From Eledone cirrhosa (taxonomy: Eukaryota), in NCBI GenBank assembly GCA_964016885.1, contig OZ024755.1, positions 17,546,001 to 17,610,000 of the forward strand: a stretch of 64,000 nucleotides of DNA. Direction: 5' to 3'. The translations under genes were made by a program, and so were the position numbers. This document shows positions 14,723 to 29,805 of this stretch, piece after piece (position 1 is the first letter of the stretch; each line of letters starts with the position of its first letter). The notes beneath the pieces were generated by a model, which was not told where the DNA came from, searched no databases, and saw nothing but the letters and a program-made list of their open reading frames with translations.

Positions 14723-14800
<78 letters not shown>
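13228..14800. repeat. Two irregular AT-only satellite blocks (13228-13650 and 14280-14800)
   Basis: Direct reading. Confidence 0.85.
13988..14067 (+). CDS. Possible internal micro-exon of the KASH gene (speculative)
   Basis: GC-richer island in unique sequence, flanked by tttcttcag| and |gtaaat. Open frame FFFGSVSGSSSLSSSPSSTEQPADSN(T) ends in phase 2, matching the phase-2 start of the KASH exon. Confidence 0.25.
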
Positions 14801-14805
<5 letters not shown>

Positions 14806-15321
14806 TCTGATCATATTTACTTTCAATATTCTTTCTCACCTTATTAAATTAACTAACTGCATCTGCAACATATCCCTGGAATGGTGTCTATATTTTTTCA
14901 CACATTTCTTCAACACACCTGTACATTATGTCTTCCATTTAGTACTAAAGCGACTCTGTATTTTCTACTAAACTAAATATTAGAATAAACTACCAGTAAC
15001 AAGAAACATCTAGAAATCTATCACTACTATTACTAGTACTACTACAATCACAACCACTACTACTAATAATAATAATATTAATATAACCAAAAACCCAGGA
15101 CTTACAAACATATGCAGCATACAAAAAAAATATCACTACTGCGCACCATATACATATTATGAAAGGTATTTTCAATATAATAGAAACCACACCGCCAAAA
15201 GCCACTCTGCACATACCCAAGGTTCACAGAACTGCACTGAGTAATGCAGTGATAATGCGCAAACTAATAATACTTTCTTTATTAACCACCAGGGTTGACA
15301 TAAAATAAAAATATGCAAAAT

Positions 15322-15470
15322 AATAATTGTTTCTACTTTTGGCACAAGGCCAGCAATTATCCCAGTGCATTACTGGTACTTTATTTTATCGACCCTGTAA
15401 GGATGAAAGGCAAAGTTAACCTCGGCGGGACGGGATTTGAACTCAGAATGGCAAGGGCCGTAACTCTATG
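15322..15470 (-). mobile_element. SINE family 1, 5'-truncated
   Basis: Family 1 core. Confidence 0.8.
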
Positions 15471-15915
15471 CAAAATAATAATGATAATAATAATAATATA
15501 ATAATAATTTTTAAATGGATTTACAAGAATTATCCAGAACATCCTTTATGCAAAATGCGAACAGCTACAAAGAATATGGAAAGACATTAATAAGAGAAAG
15601 AAGAAGAATGTTTCTCATCCAAGATCGCAGGATGTGGTCTGATCAAAAGCATTCTTGCATCAACGAAAACACCATTATTATGTAATAGAAATAATAATTA
15701 TTAATATATTAACAATAATAATAATACTTCTCTGTTTCTTCAAGTATACAAGTTTTATATCTATAATATATATTACATCTTCAGAATCAGCATGCATAAT
15801 CTTTCCACCTTTCACAATATTTGATACCTAAAGCTACACTATATATATGTGTGTGTGTGTATATATGTGTGTGTGTTTGTAAGTGTGTGTGTGTGTGTAT
15901 GTATGTGTGTGTATG

Positions 15916-15947
<32 letters not shown>

Positions 15948-16024
15948 TGTAGTTTCATAGTTGTACCACTTATATAACACCATAACTCCCACAATATATA
16001 TATATATACATATATATATACATA

Positions 16025-16064
<40 letters not shown>

Positions 16065-16979
16065 ACGCCTCTCTCTGTAAATTTCTGTATATTATTTTAC
16101 TATGTTTGATATATATCAGTATTCTATTTACACTTCATCTTTCTATTTACCTTGTTTTTCATCACATATTTTGTGTGCATGTGTGTGTTTGTGAATATAT
16201 ATTTTATATATACACAGTTTGATTATTTGTACCCAAAAGTATAGAGCACTCAACTCAAACATTTTGTCGAAATTTCATTTATATAAGGCTGTACATACTA
16301 TCATATATATTACATACTGTGTATAAGTTTAAGTTTCATGTTTCAAATGACATTCATCAGATCCTTTACTTAATTAAAAATAAAAAAAATTCCAGTGATG
16401 GATTCTGGGATTTTGTTCCTCTTAACACTGTGTAACTCTTCGATAAAATAAATGAGTTGTTTCCTCTTAGCTGTACAGTCAAGTCTCAGAAAATGAATAT
16501 AAAGTTATTTAACTGACGACATAATCTTAAATTTATTTGTAGTATTATAGTTGTACCACTTATATAACATCATAACTCCCACAACTGTCTCAAAAGAAAA
16601 CAAAACTGTCAACAAATGCTCATGTAGAAACACCAAAAGACCAATGCTTGTCTGCTAAATAGATATTGAAATTCAGAAACCATAATTATAGAGCAATGGT
16701 TACACTCACCAAACCTAAACTCAAAGTGAGCCTCAAATGCAACATGGGTCTGACAGAAAGATATTTCAAATACAGGTGCTACAAACATGCTTCCACTTTT
16801 TAACTCCATCGACGATAGGTGCCAAAGATAACCAACTAAATGTAGCAATATGATTAGTTTCACAACCTGTATATTACACAATATTTTTGGCACAGAAAAA
16901 TTTCTACAAAATTATAATCTTAGACATATATGCTTAATACACCACAGTGCTTTGTTTTCCTCTCTGGTATATATATATG

Positions 16980-17017
<38 letters not shown>

Positions 17018-17119
17018 TATGTATATCCTTATCGAGCCCTCTTTGGATTTTAGTCTTCAATTTTATTATTATTACTATATGTATGTGTATATATATATAT
17101 ATGTATATATATATGTATG

Positions 17120-17166
<47 letters not shown>

Positions 17167-17610
17167 GTATGTATATATATATATGTATGTATATATATAT
17201 AAGTATATATCCATGGGAACTTCTCTATGCTGGAAAAATTTCTACAAAATTATAATCTTAGACATATATGCTTAATACATCACAGTGCTTTGTTTCTCTA
17301 TCTGGTAGTTTGTTTGCCTATATAAGTGTATGTCTCTAGAAATGAATGAACATGTAGTTAGGTGAATACGTAATACACACCTCTATGCCACATTTAGATA
17401 TTTTGCTTCATATTTTATTTTCATAAGTGTCTACTCCCATTCTTTATATATAAACACACACACACATATATATATACATATAATATGTATATATATATAT
17501 GTATATATGTATATATATGTATATATATATATATGTATATATATATGTATGTATATATATATATATGTATATATATGTATGTATATATATATATGTATAT
17601 ATATATATGT

Positions 17611-17647
<37 letters not shown>

Positions 17648-17655
17648 CATGTATG

Positions 17656-17700
<45 letters not shown>

Positions 17701-17814
17701 TTTGTTTCTGAATTTGTTTAGCAACATGACCCTCCCAAAGTATAACAATATATATATATATATATTTATATATATATGTATATATATATGTATGTATGTA
17801 TATATATATACATG

Positions 17815-17848
<34 letters not shown>

Positions 17849-18268
17849 TGTATGTATATATATATATATGTATATATATGTATACATGCACAGTTCATTC
17901 AAACATAGAACACACAGATTTAGAGAAGTACATATACACAAATGTAAGAATATAAGCACACACAGAAATATAATTATATATCCTTATATATGTGTATACT
18001 TTTATATATACATATATGTAAAAGCATTCATATATGAGCCTAATTTTTTTTTCTAATATTTTATTTTATTTAGTGTGTTTGTTTGTTTGTGTGTCAGCTT
18101 CTGTGACATTGCTTATTTCATTATTTTCTTCTTGGTTTTTGCAATAACTGTCATTCTATTTATCAATCTTGCATAAACACTGGGTGTGTTTATTTGTTGT
18201 CTGTTTTATATATATGTATCTGTATATATATATATATATGTGTTTGTATATATATATATATGTGTGTT

Positions 18269-18311
<43 letters not shown>

Positions 18312-18400
18312 ATGCATATATGTATGTATATGGATATGGATATGCATGAATATGTACATGTATGTATATGTATGTATATGTATGTATATGCATGTATATA

Positions 18401-18446
<46 letters not shown>

Positions 18447-18921
18447 CATTTATATATATATATATATATATGTATGTATATATACGTATACGTATATATA
18501 TATATATGTTTATATATATATATGTATATATATACATACATATTCATACATGCATACATATGTATGCGTGCATACAAACATATATACACACACACACATA
18601 CACATACATACATACACACACACATTCAGAAACAAAGTGCTTTTTTTTCCACTCCAATCTTAGCAATCTTCTACACCGGTTAAAAATATTCCTAGATGCT
18701 GTTTTACATTTGTTAACTAGTGAAGTGCTGTTCTGTAAATGGTAAAGAGTTGCTTTTTCAGGTGGTAAAGTGCTGTTTATTTTGTTAGTGGTATGATGGA
18801 GGTTTTTTTTGTTTGTTTTGTTTGTTTTTTTACTGTTTGTGGTTGTTTCTTTGATCATTTATTTATTTATCTGTTTATATTTTTATTTTTTATATATTTA
18901 TTTTTTATTTTATTTATTTTT

Positions 18922-18988
<67 letters not shown>

Positions 18989-19199
18989 TTTTTTTGCTAC
19001 TAAAAGAAATACTCATTCAGTTTCTGGTTAGAAATGGAAGAGGGAAATATGAATCAGTCCAATCATAAAACTATACATTTCTCATATTTGTTTTATGTTT
19101 GGTGCTGTTGTTATTGTTACTCTTGTTGTTACTGTTGTTGTTATTGTTGCTGTTTGTGGTTGTTGTATGCAATACATGGGTTGGTGCTTGTGTATCTAC

Positions 19200-20015
19200 G
19201 TATACACATACAATGTATATATATATATACGTACTGTATGTATCCTTGTATATACATACAGTGTGTATATTTATATATACATACTGTATGTATATCTAAA
19301 TATACATACAGTGTGTATATTTATATATACATACAGTATGTATATTTACAGTATGTAACAATGTATACACTTACAGTATGTATATTTATATATACATACT
19401 CTATGTATATTTACAGTATGTAACAATGTATACACTTACAGTATGTATATTTATATATACATACTCTATGTATATTTACAGTATGTAACAATGTATACAC
19501 TTACAGTATGTATATTTATATATACATACTCTATGTATATTTACAGTATGTAACAATGTATACACATACAGTATGTATATTTATATATACATGCTCTATG
19601 TATATTTACAGTATGTAATAATGTATACACATACAGTATGTATATTTATATATACATACTGTATGTATATTTACAGTATGTAACAATGTATACACATACA
19701 GTATGTATATTTATATATACATGCTCTATGTATATTCACAGTATGTATATTTATATGTACATACTCTATGTATATGTACAGTATATAACTATGTATACAC
19801 ATACAGTATGTATATTTATATATACATGATGTATGTATATTTACTGTATATAACTATGTATACACTTACAGTATGTATATTTATATATACATACTGTATG
19901 TATATTTACAGTATGTAACTATGTATACACTTACAGTATGTATATTTATATATACATACTGTATGTATATGTACAGTATATAACAATGTATACACTTAGA
20001 GTATGTATATTTATG
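19200..20015. repeat. 65-bp minisatellite derived from TA-rich sequence
   Basis: acagtatgtaac at 19348, 19413, 19478 and onwards. Confidence 0.85.
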
Positions 20016-20112
20016 AGTTTACATGCAAATGAAAAAAAAATAGAACCTGAAACATTAAAATTGTCAATACATGTTTATAGTTGATGTAGGCAGTCTTTTC
20101 TATATATATATA

Positions 20113-20165
<53 letters not shown>

Positions 20166-20474
20166 ATATATATCATCATCATCGTCATCATCATTTTACG
20201 TCTGCTCTCCCCCCCCCCTATATGTAGCTAACTAGTATGTGGCCAAAATATGTAGAGGATTGTTTTGTCTGATTGTATACATAAATAGCTATTCTGTTGT
20301 TGATGTATATCATTCCTTATTTTGTGTTTATTTGTGTGTTTATGGCTGGATTTATTGAGGGCAGTGAGGGTGAATGCCCTGACCCCCCTCTCTGAACAGG
20401 ACCCCATCTTCTTATCTCTCTCTAAGCAGGGAAAAGCGGATGTAAAATGATGATGATGATATATATATATATAT

Positions 20475-20727
20475 AAACAAACGAGGTCGTGTAGGTGTCA
20501 CGACAAAAAAAACACACAGTCCACGCTGTAATGTGGCCGTGTAGATAACATGGTACAAACCTCCCAGTCTACACTGTAAACGTGGTTGGTGTTAGGAAGG
20601 GCATCCAGCCGTAGAAAACCCGCCAGACAGTCCTATGCGAGCAAGACAACCACTCTTGCCTCAAGTGGGAAAACTCCCGTCCAAACCCATGCAAGCGTGG
20701 AATATGGACGTTAAACGATGATGATGA
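20475..20727 (+). mobile_element. RTE LINE 3' UTR fragment
   Basis: Matches the RTE 3' UTR; (gat)n tail. Confidence 0.82.
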
Positions 20728-20740
20728 TATATATATATAT

Positions 20741-20873
20741 AGATTCCTGATGATTTCTAAAGAATGAAACAGTTCTAGTCCTGTAGAATCTCATCTATAT
20801 TAAAACTTTTATACTCTGCAATGTATTGAGTACCTTACTTACTGTGGTTACCTCCGACTCAACCCGGAATAAC

Positions 20874-20878
<5 letters not shown>
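20741..20878 (+). mobile_element. Hammerhead element family C
   Basis: agattc-CTGATGA-tttctaaagaat-GAAA-cag-ttctagtc-ctg-TA-gaatct (HHR 20741-20791, GUA triplet), then atactc...ttgagtac tail; bounded by (TA)n. Confidence 0.85.
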
Positions 20879-20934
<56 letters not shown>

Positions 20935-20940
<6 letters not shown>

Positions 20941-21180
20941 AACAACACAATATAATTATTCCATTACCTAGGTTTCAGGAAATTAGACAATTCTAACAGG
21001 AACGTCCAGTCCAGTTCACTCATCAGATGACGTTTCTGCTAGAATCATTTAATTTCATGAAACCTTTGGTAATGGAATAATTATATTGTGTTGTTTATTA
21101 TATAATTAGATAGCTCTGTTCTATACACAGAGCACTCTTCTTTCCTTTACCTTTTCTACAAAAATACATAACACACATAC
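20935..21180 (+). mobile_element. Hammerhead fold-back element family F
   Basis: Inverted arms. Minus-strand HHR cat-CTGATGA-...-GAAA-cctagg-TA-atg (20962-21029) with palindromic acctaggt. Tail gctctgt...acagagcac. Confidence 0.72.
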
Positions 21181-21770
21181 ATCATCATCATCATCATCAT
21201 CATCATCAGGTTTAGCGTCCGTGTTCCACGCTTGCATGGGTTTGGACGGGGGTTTTCCCACTTGAGGCAAGAGTGGTTGTCTTGCTCGCATAGGACTGTC
21301 TGGCGGGTTTTCTACAGTTGGATGCCCTTCCTAACACCAACCACATTTACAGTGTGGGGCTGGGAGGTTTTTACCGTGTTGCCTACACGGCCACATTACA
21401 GCGTGGACTGTCTGGCGGGTTTTCTACAGCTGGATGCCCTTCCTAACACCAACCACATTTACAGTGTGGGGCTGGGAGGTTTTTACCGTGTTGCCTACAC
21501 GGCCACATTTACAGCGTGGACTGTGTGTTTTTTGTCGTGACACCTACACGATCTCATTTGTTTCGGCCTGGATGTTGTGGGACCAACATAACTTTACATT
21601 GAAAGGGGCGGTGTGGGTGGGGTGGAGGTGGTGGGACGGGGGTGTGTTTTGATAGAGGTGCCTACTGACTGTAGTAGGTTTTTACTTTGTATTTAGGTAA
21701 GGCGGGTCTTCTCTATTACTGAGTACCGCCAAAGGTCTCGGTCCAGTGACATTGTCTTGGAGAGGTGTAA
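21181..21770 (-). mobile_element. RTE LINE 3' end with internal 112-bp tandem duplication
   Basis: Encodes [25 protein letters not shown]; segment 21295-21406 repeated from 21407. Confidence 0.85.
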
Positions 21771-21802
21771 GCATATATATATAATATATATATATATGTA
21801 TG

Positions 21803-21874
<72 letters not shown>

Positions 21875-21881
21875 AATATGT

Positions 21882-22224
21882 GGAGGCACATGGCTTAGTG
21901 GTTAGAGCATTGGCCTTGCAATCGAAAGGTTGTGAGTTCAATTCTCAGACCGGGTGATGTGTTGTTTCCTTGAGCAAGACACTTTATTTCACATTGCTCC
22001 AGTTTACTCAGCTGTAGAAATGAGATGATAGGGACTGGGGTCCCTATCATTCCACTGCAAAGTGGTCGTGGAGGTGCCACGGCAAAAAAGAACCCAGCAC
22101 TCACTGTAAATGAGGTTGGTGTTAGGAAGGGCATCCAGCTGTAGAAATCAAGCCAGAATCAGTTCCCGTCCCACCCTTGCAAGCAGGGAAAAATGGACGT
22201 AAAATGAAATGATGATGAAAATGA
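21882..22224 (+). mobile_element. SINE family 2
   Basis: Full-length copy. Confidence 0.88.
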
Positions 22225-22559
22225 TGTGTGTTTGTTGTATAAGTGGTCCACCAAACCTGAACTGCCCCATCTCCATGGAGGTCGAAATAATCTGGTCCTC
22301 CCCTTCTCTCTCTCACACACTCTCCTCCCCTTCTCTCTCTCCTCCCCTCTCTCTCTGTCTCCCTCTCTCTCTCTTGCTGTGTAAACTAGTTTATAGAGTA
22401 AAATGGTTGACATTAATGTCTCTTCATATTCTAGCAGAAAAATTCTGAATTAAACTGACTTGTCGTTAAAGTTATAGGCTTGGAGAGAAACTGACATTAT
22501 TCTCATGAGTGTGTCACAAATTATGCCAAGAACCCAGTCTTTATCAAGAAGCCATTGTT

Positions 22560-22925
22560 AATAATAATAATTGTTTCTACTTATCCCAGTGTATTACTGG
22601 TACTATATTTTATCGACCCTGTAAGGATGAAAGGCAAAGTTAACTTCGGCGGGATTTGAACTCAGATCATAAAGGGAGGTAACTCTATGCATTGTTAATA
22701 ATAATAATGGTTTCTAATTTAGGAACAAGGTCAACAATTTTGGTGGGAGGAGGAAGTCCATTAAATTGACCTCAGTGCATTACTGGTACTTTATTTTATC
22801 GACCCTGCAAGGATGAAAAGCAAAGTTAACCTTGTTGGGATTTGAACTCAGAACGTAAAGGGATGTAACTATATGCTACAAAGCATGTTGTCCGACACAC
22901 TACAGATATTGCCAATCTACTGTCC
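22560..22925 (-). mobile_element. Two SINE family 1 copies
   Basis: Family 1 core twice. Confidence 0.8.
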
Positions 22926-22974
22926 TTATATGTATATGTACATATATATATATATATATATATATAGATATATA

Positions 22975-23028
<54 letters not shown>

Positions 23029-23166
23029 CTTATATGTATATGTATATATATATATGTATATGTATATATATATATACTTATATGTATATATATACTTATA
23101 TGTATATATATACTTATATGTATATGTATATATATACTTATATGTATATGTACATATATATATACT

Positions 23167-23201
<35 letters not shown>

Positions 23202-25139
23202 ATAAATATATACTTACATACATACATACACACACTGACCTTTCCTTATTGATGTTCATAGCTGCTAGAGATCACACACAACAATATTTATAGTGTGATT
23301 TTATAAATGTCCATCAGTAATTATGTAAATAGTGTTGGTCTATACAATTTAATTGCTGCAGTTAATATACAGCTTGAAGAGTTATAAGACATATGAGAAA
23401 AATAGGTTGAGTCTTACAGAGTAGCTGTCATGCTTAACGAATGTTTTTAGGCAGAGAAACACTTTGTATGTGATGGAGGGTATTGTAGCAGGGTCAGATT
23501 TATTAGGAGGGGTGTGGACGGTGCAGGCGAATGCCCTGCGCCCCATCTCGTCAAACAGGGTCCCTTCTTTCTCTCTCTCTCTCTCTCTTTCTTTCTCACT
23601 CTTTCTGTCTCTCCTTGCTTCATCATCATCATCATCAAGCTTAGAATATATATGGGAAATATAATAGTGACAATTTCATCTACCTATGGCCCTTGTAGTA
23701 ATTTATGATTGTGCTGCTACACTAGTCATTGAGTATGATTCTGTCCTGTATTACCTGATTGACTATGCAGATTACTTGTTCAATTCCTATATCTGGTCAA
23801 TTCCACAATGTCTATATCTGGTCTTGCATAGTGGTAAAGAAAACAGGGATCAGTGGAGAGAAAATCAACATCAACTTCATTGGTTGTAAAATTGGGGTAA
23901 AATAAAGAATGCACAAGGGAACAGGGCAGACAAAAATAGAGAGAAGGGGTTAAAGCGTAAATATGAACCTGAAATTTAAAATTTACAATAAGGAAATATT
24001 TATTGATCAAGTCAATAACTTGCTTCTAAATAGTGTGATAGGAACCAGTGACTAAAGAATCAAGACTCCATATTAGAGGCAGCAAATTGGCAGAGTCATT
24101 AGAATATTGGATAGAATGTTTTACAGTATTTATTCCAGTTGTCTGTTCTCTGGTTTCAAATCCCACTCAGATCAATTTTGCTTTTCATTCATTCGAGGTT
24201 GATAAAAAATATACCAGTCTAGTACTAGGGTTGATTCTTTCTTTATGCCTCTTTTTCACTTCCGTTCTCTCACTCTCTATACTTCTCTGGAAAAAATCTG
24301 AAGAGGAGATGTGCTCTGCCAGGTTTAGAAAATGCCTATATATCAATAAGGCGCCCCTATGGCTATATCACAAGTTACAGGTTCATACAATACTCCATAG
24401 TTGAGAATATTTGAGATGTAGCCTTTATACCTCTATATTGGAGAATATTTATGCTTTAGACAGCGATAACAACTGCTGAAACTCAAACGATTTATTGGAT
24501 TTTGAACTGAAAAGAAAAGGACAGATGAAGTTATGCTACAAAGAACTGCATCAATACAATCGTTCTTTGGTGTTTTTCAGTCACTGGGATAACTTCCATT
24601 CTCTTCTGATTTGTTTTTAAAATATCGTATGTCTACTGTTTTTATTAAGACATAAATCAGAATGATTTCACAATATTACGACTGACCTACCATCACTCCA
24701 TACAATAATATCTCAGATAGCTGAATCATCTTGTAATTATGGCTCCATTGAAGCCAACAGATCTGGAAAATCATTGAAATTATAAGAATCACAAATAGGA
24801 GAGGGAAGCTGAAGAGAAATCATAAATCAGAAATCACCAAACATATCCTAACCATTCAGAAACAAAATTATCTTGTGGTTTTGTGGTTTGTTTGTCTGTT
24901 TTTTTTTCTTAAAAACAAATTGAATTACATTGTAATTTTAAACATTTGATTTCTGTTCATTTCCTTCAGAATTCTAACACAAAAGATTTTTTTTTGTTCT
25001 TGTTGTTAAGTCAGATTTTTCTGTATCAGCCATGACTTTTGTTATAATAAGACTTCATCATGATTTTTTTTTTGTTTCTTGGAAAAAAAAAATTTCCTGA
25101 ATTTTCCACAATATTCTGTTGTTTGATATTTAGTATTAG

Positions 25140-25640
25140 AATTGTAGTGATAATTAGAGTTGTGGTGGTGGTGGTGGTGGTGGTGGTGGTGGTTTTGGTG
25201 TTAGTGATGATGGTAGTGGTGGTGATGGTGGAGGTGGTTGTTTGGGTGCTAGTGGTGGTTGTGGTGGTTATGATGGTAGTGGTAGTAGTCGTGGTGGTGG
25301 TTTTTTTGGTGGTGGTGGTGGTGGTTTTGGTGGTAGTGATGGTGGTGGTGTTGGTGGTGGTGGTAGCAATGATATTTATTGTCATCATAATGATGTTCAA
25401 GGTGATCGTAGTTATGTTATTTCATTGTCAGGATAATACTTATGATACTATTAAGAATGTTTGGATAGTGGTGGTTAGAGTAGTAGTAGTAAGAGTGGTG
25501 GGTATGGTGAGTAATGGTTGAGGTAGTAGTAGGAGTGGTGGGTATAGGGCAAGTAGTGGTTAGGGTAGTAGTTGGAAGTATAGATGTAGTAAGTAGGGGT
25601 TAAAGTGGTTGTTTTAGTGTGTAGTGGTTAAATGATAATG
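25140..25640. repeat. (GGT/GTA)n trinucleotide low-complexity tract
   Basis: Direct reading. Confidence 0.85.
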
Positions 25641-25654
25641 ATAATGATATACAT

Positions 25655-25770
25655 ATGACAGGCTTCCATACAGTATCTGTCTACCAAATTCCCACACAAG
25701 GCATTAATGAGACAGAACCCAAAAGCACGTGGTTGTCAAGTGAACTTCTTAACCACACAGCCATGCCTTT
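25655..25770 (-). mobile_element. Third tRNA-derived SINE family, internally deleted
   Basis: Minus strand ggcatggctgtgtggttaagaagttcac...aaccacgtg...gggttc...ttggtagacaga. Confidence 0.55.
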
Positions 25771-26040
25771 TTTCTGCACAGCCATGATTGTGTTTATAGA
25801 GCCATGCTTTTGTCTGCACAGCTACTACTGCATCTACACAGCCATGTCTGTGCATGCATATATATACATATATATATACATATATACATATGTGTATGTA
25901 TGTATATATGTCCATTGAGCTTTCTACTGAGAAACATAATCATCATACATATTGTATATGTAAGGATACTTTAAATGCATTAACCTAACATATCCCTTTC
26001 ATATACTCTACCGGTTGTGTTGTTATTTCTCTTTACCTTT

Positions 26041-26074
<34 letters not shown>

Positions 26075-26077
<3 letters not shown>

Positions 26078-26295
26078 ATAATAATAAATTTGAAGACTAA
26101 AATCCAAAGAGGGCTCGATAAGGATAAATATATATCAAATATATAAGAACCATAGAGCAAATATTTATTAAAATAACAGATTAAAGTTTAAGCAAAGAAT
26201 CGCTGCTTTCACCCTTAACGGGATCTTCTGAAACTCAGAAGATCCTGTTAAGGGTGAAAGGAGCGATTCTTTGCTTAAACTTTAATCTGTTATTA
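26075..26295 (-). mobile_element. Fold-back element family E with variant (CAGAAGA) hammerhead
   Basis: Minus strand agttt-CAGAAGA-tcccgttaagggt-GAAA-gcag...ttgc-TT-aaact (26185-26235), with inverted copy adjacent. Confidence 0.72.
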
Positions 26296-26568
26296 AAGCT
26301 CCCGGGAGCTTCCAACAGTAATGGTTGCATTTTTTAAAGGTATGTCAATATTTATTTATAAAACTGATCTATATTATATTTTGTCTGATGAAAGCACACC
26401 ATAATTTAACGTGGTGTCCTTGAAATATGTATAATGAAATAAATATGGTTTTATAAATATAGTTTCCATTTGTTAATATCGCATGTTTACTCCAAATACT
26501 TGTTGAGTGCTTTATATCAGTTATAAAAATATTTGCTTGTTGTATCCCAACAATTTAAATAGAACTTT

Positions 26569-26572
<4 letters not shown>
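26296..26572 (+). mobile_element. Family B subfamily element with hammerhead
   Basis: attttgt-CTGATGA-aagcacacca...tggtgtcctt-GAAA-tatgta-TA-atgaaat (about 26378-26440), tail actcc...ttgagtgc; related copy on - at 56200-56395. Confidence 0.75.
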
Positions 26573-26633
<61 letters not shown>

Positions 26634-26998
26634 CAGATCAATAGATTCTTAGGTGATTGGATATCATAAGGGTTATTTTTAAATGCTCTCTACGTCTTTG
26701 AAATTCCTGGCTTCCTTTAATTTTTCTTCCTGTTTAATAATTTTCAAAACATTTCATCGTATTAAATACAAAATATTGGGATGGGAGGGGAGACAGGAAA
26801 TATTTCTATTCTGTAAACAACTATTTATTAAATAACAATATCATAAGAAATGAAATAACTTTTTGACATATGAACTGTTTAATGTTTAACATTATAAATG
26901 TTTTCTCATTTATATGTGATATACATCATCATCATATATCTATATGTTTGTGTGTGTATGTGTGTGTATTTATATATATATGTGTGTGTTGTGTGTAT

Positions 26999-27048
<50 letters not shown>

Positions 27049-27135
27049 ATTCATATATGTATGTGTTTGTGTGTATATATATATATATATTTATTAAAAT
27101 AACATTAAAGTTTAAGCAAACAATCTATACATTAC

Positions 27136-27231
<96 letters not shown>

Positions 27232-27323
27232 CGTATTCATATATGTATGTGTTTGTGTGTATATATATATATATATATTTATTAAAATAACATTAAAGTT
27301 TAAGCAAACAATCTATACATTAC

Positions 27324-27385
<62 letters not shown>

Positions 27386-27548
27386 CACATATATATATAT
27401 ACACATATATATATGTATATATATATATATATGTGTGTGTATTCATATATGTATGTGTTTGTGTGTATATATATATATTTATTAAAATAACATTAAAGTT
27501 TAAGCAAAGAATCTATACATTACTATATATATATATATATATATATAT

Positions 27549-28110
27549 ACAATATTAAATAAATGGAAACTATATTTATAAAACCATATTTATTTCATTA
27601 TATATATTTCAGGGATATCATATTAACAATATGCTATGCCTTCCTCAGACAAAATACAATATAAACAGTTTTATAGATAAATAGATTTGACATACCGTAA
27701 CAACATCGACTTGTATTTGAAAAGTTGAATTGGCAGTGAAAAAATTGTACACAGAGAGAAAGAAAGAGAGAAAAAAGAAAGAAAGACAGAAACTTTTTTC
27801 TCTCTTTCTTTCTCTCTGTGTACAATTTTTTCACTGCCAATTCAACTTTTCAAATACAAGTCGATGTTGTTACGGTATGTCAAATCTATTTATCTATAAA
27901 ACTGTTTATATTGTATTTTGTCTGAGGAAGGCATAGCATATTGTTAATATGATATCCCTGAAATATATATAATGAAATAAATATGGTTTTATAAATATAG
28001 TTTCCATTTATTTAATATTGTAAATATACTCCAAATATTTGTCGAGTGCTTTTATATCAGTTATAAATATTTACTAGTTGTAACCCAACAATTTAAATAT
28101 AACTTTCCAT
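27549..28110 (+). mobile_element. Hammerhead fold-back element family B, long copy
   Basis: About 229-bp inverted arms (27549-27777/27793-28021). HHR CTGAGGA...GAAA at 27915-27978 (+) and its mirror. Same tail as the 5481 copy. Confidence 0.85.
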
Positions 28111-28296
28111 GTATATATATATATATATATATACACATATATATATATACACATATATATATACACATATTATAGGGTAAAATGACAGGAGGCCAAACAG
28201 GTTGTATTCCTTCAAATTTTGTATTACTGCACACACTATGCACATCAGGTGTATATGACATCATCAGGTGTATATTGCATAATAGTTAGGAAAAAG

Positions 28297-28395
28297 CAGA
28301 GAATGAAAAAAAACAGAGAATGAAAAAAAACAGAGAATGAAAAAAAACAGAGAATGAAAAAAAACAGAGAATGAAAAAAAACAGAGAATGAAAAA
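28297..28395. repeat. 17-bp tandem repeat (cagagaatgaaaaaaaa) x6
   Basis: Direct reading. Confidence 0.85.
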
Positions 28396-28908
28396 GAAAA
28401 GGGAATGAAAAAAATGTGGGTTTTTTTTTGTTTTTTTTTTTTACTAAAAGGTGATTGAGTATATGTATGTGAATGTGTAAAGAAACGTGGCTCAGAGGTT
28501 AGAATGTTTGCCTTATAATTGTAATATTGTGGGTTTCATTCATTGATCAGGTGGTGCATTGTGTTCTTGAGCAAAACTCTTTGTTTCAAACTGACTCAGT
28601 CAACTCAGCTAAAGTGAATAAATATATAAGTAAAAACATAAATAAAATGCAGTCATACCCAGGGTGGTAATTGTGGGAGTAAAAATGGAAGTAAATAAAA
28701 ACATATCGAAGAAATAACATACAGATCAATGTGTAGCAAATAAACAATAGATAACACGGTTGGAGAATACATGGTTATAAATATAGATATAGTCCTATAC
28801 GAGCGAGACACGGTCACCCAACCAATCTTGCCTCAAGTGGGGCAACTCCCATCTAACCCATGCTAGCATGGAAGATAGACATTAAACGATGATGATGATG
28901 ATGGTGAT

Positions 28909-29805
<897 letters not shown>

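Noticed and set aside
21882-21955. tRNA gene-like A/B boxes (also in family 1 SINE heads)
   Set aside because: They continue into the SINE core and tail in multiple copies and form no complete cloverleaf
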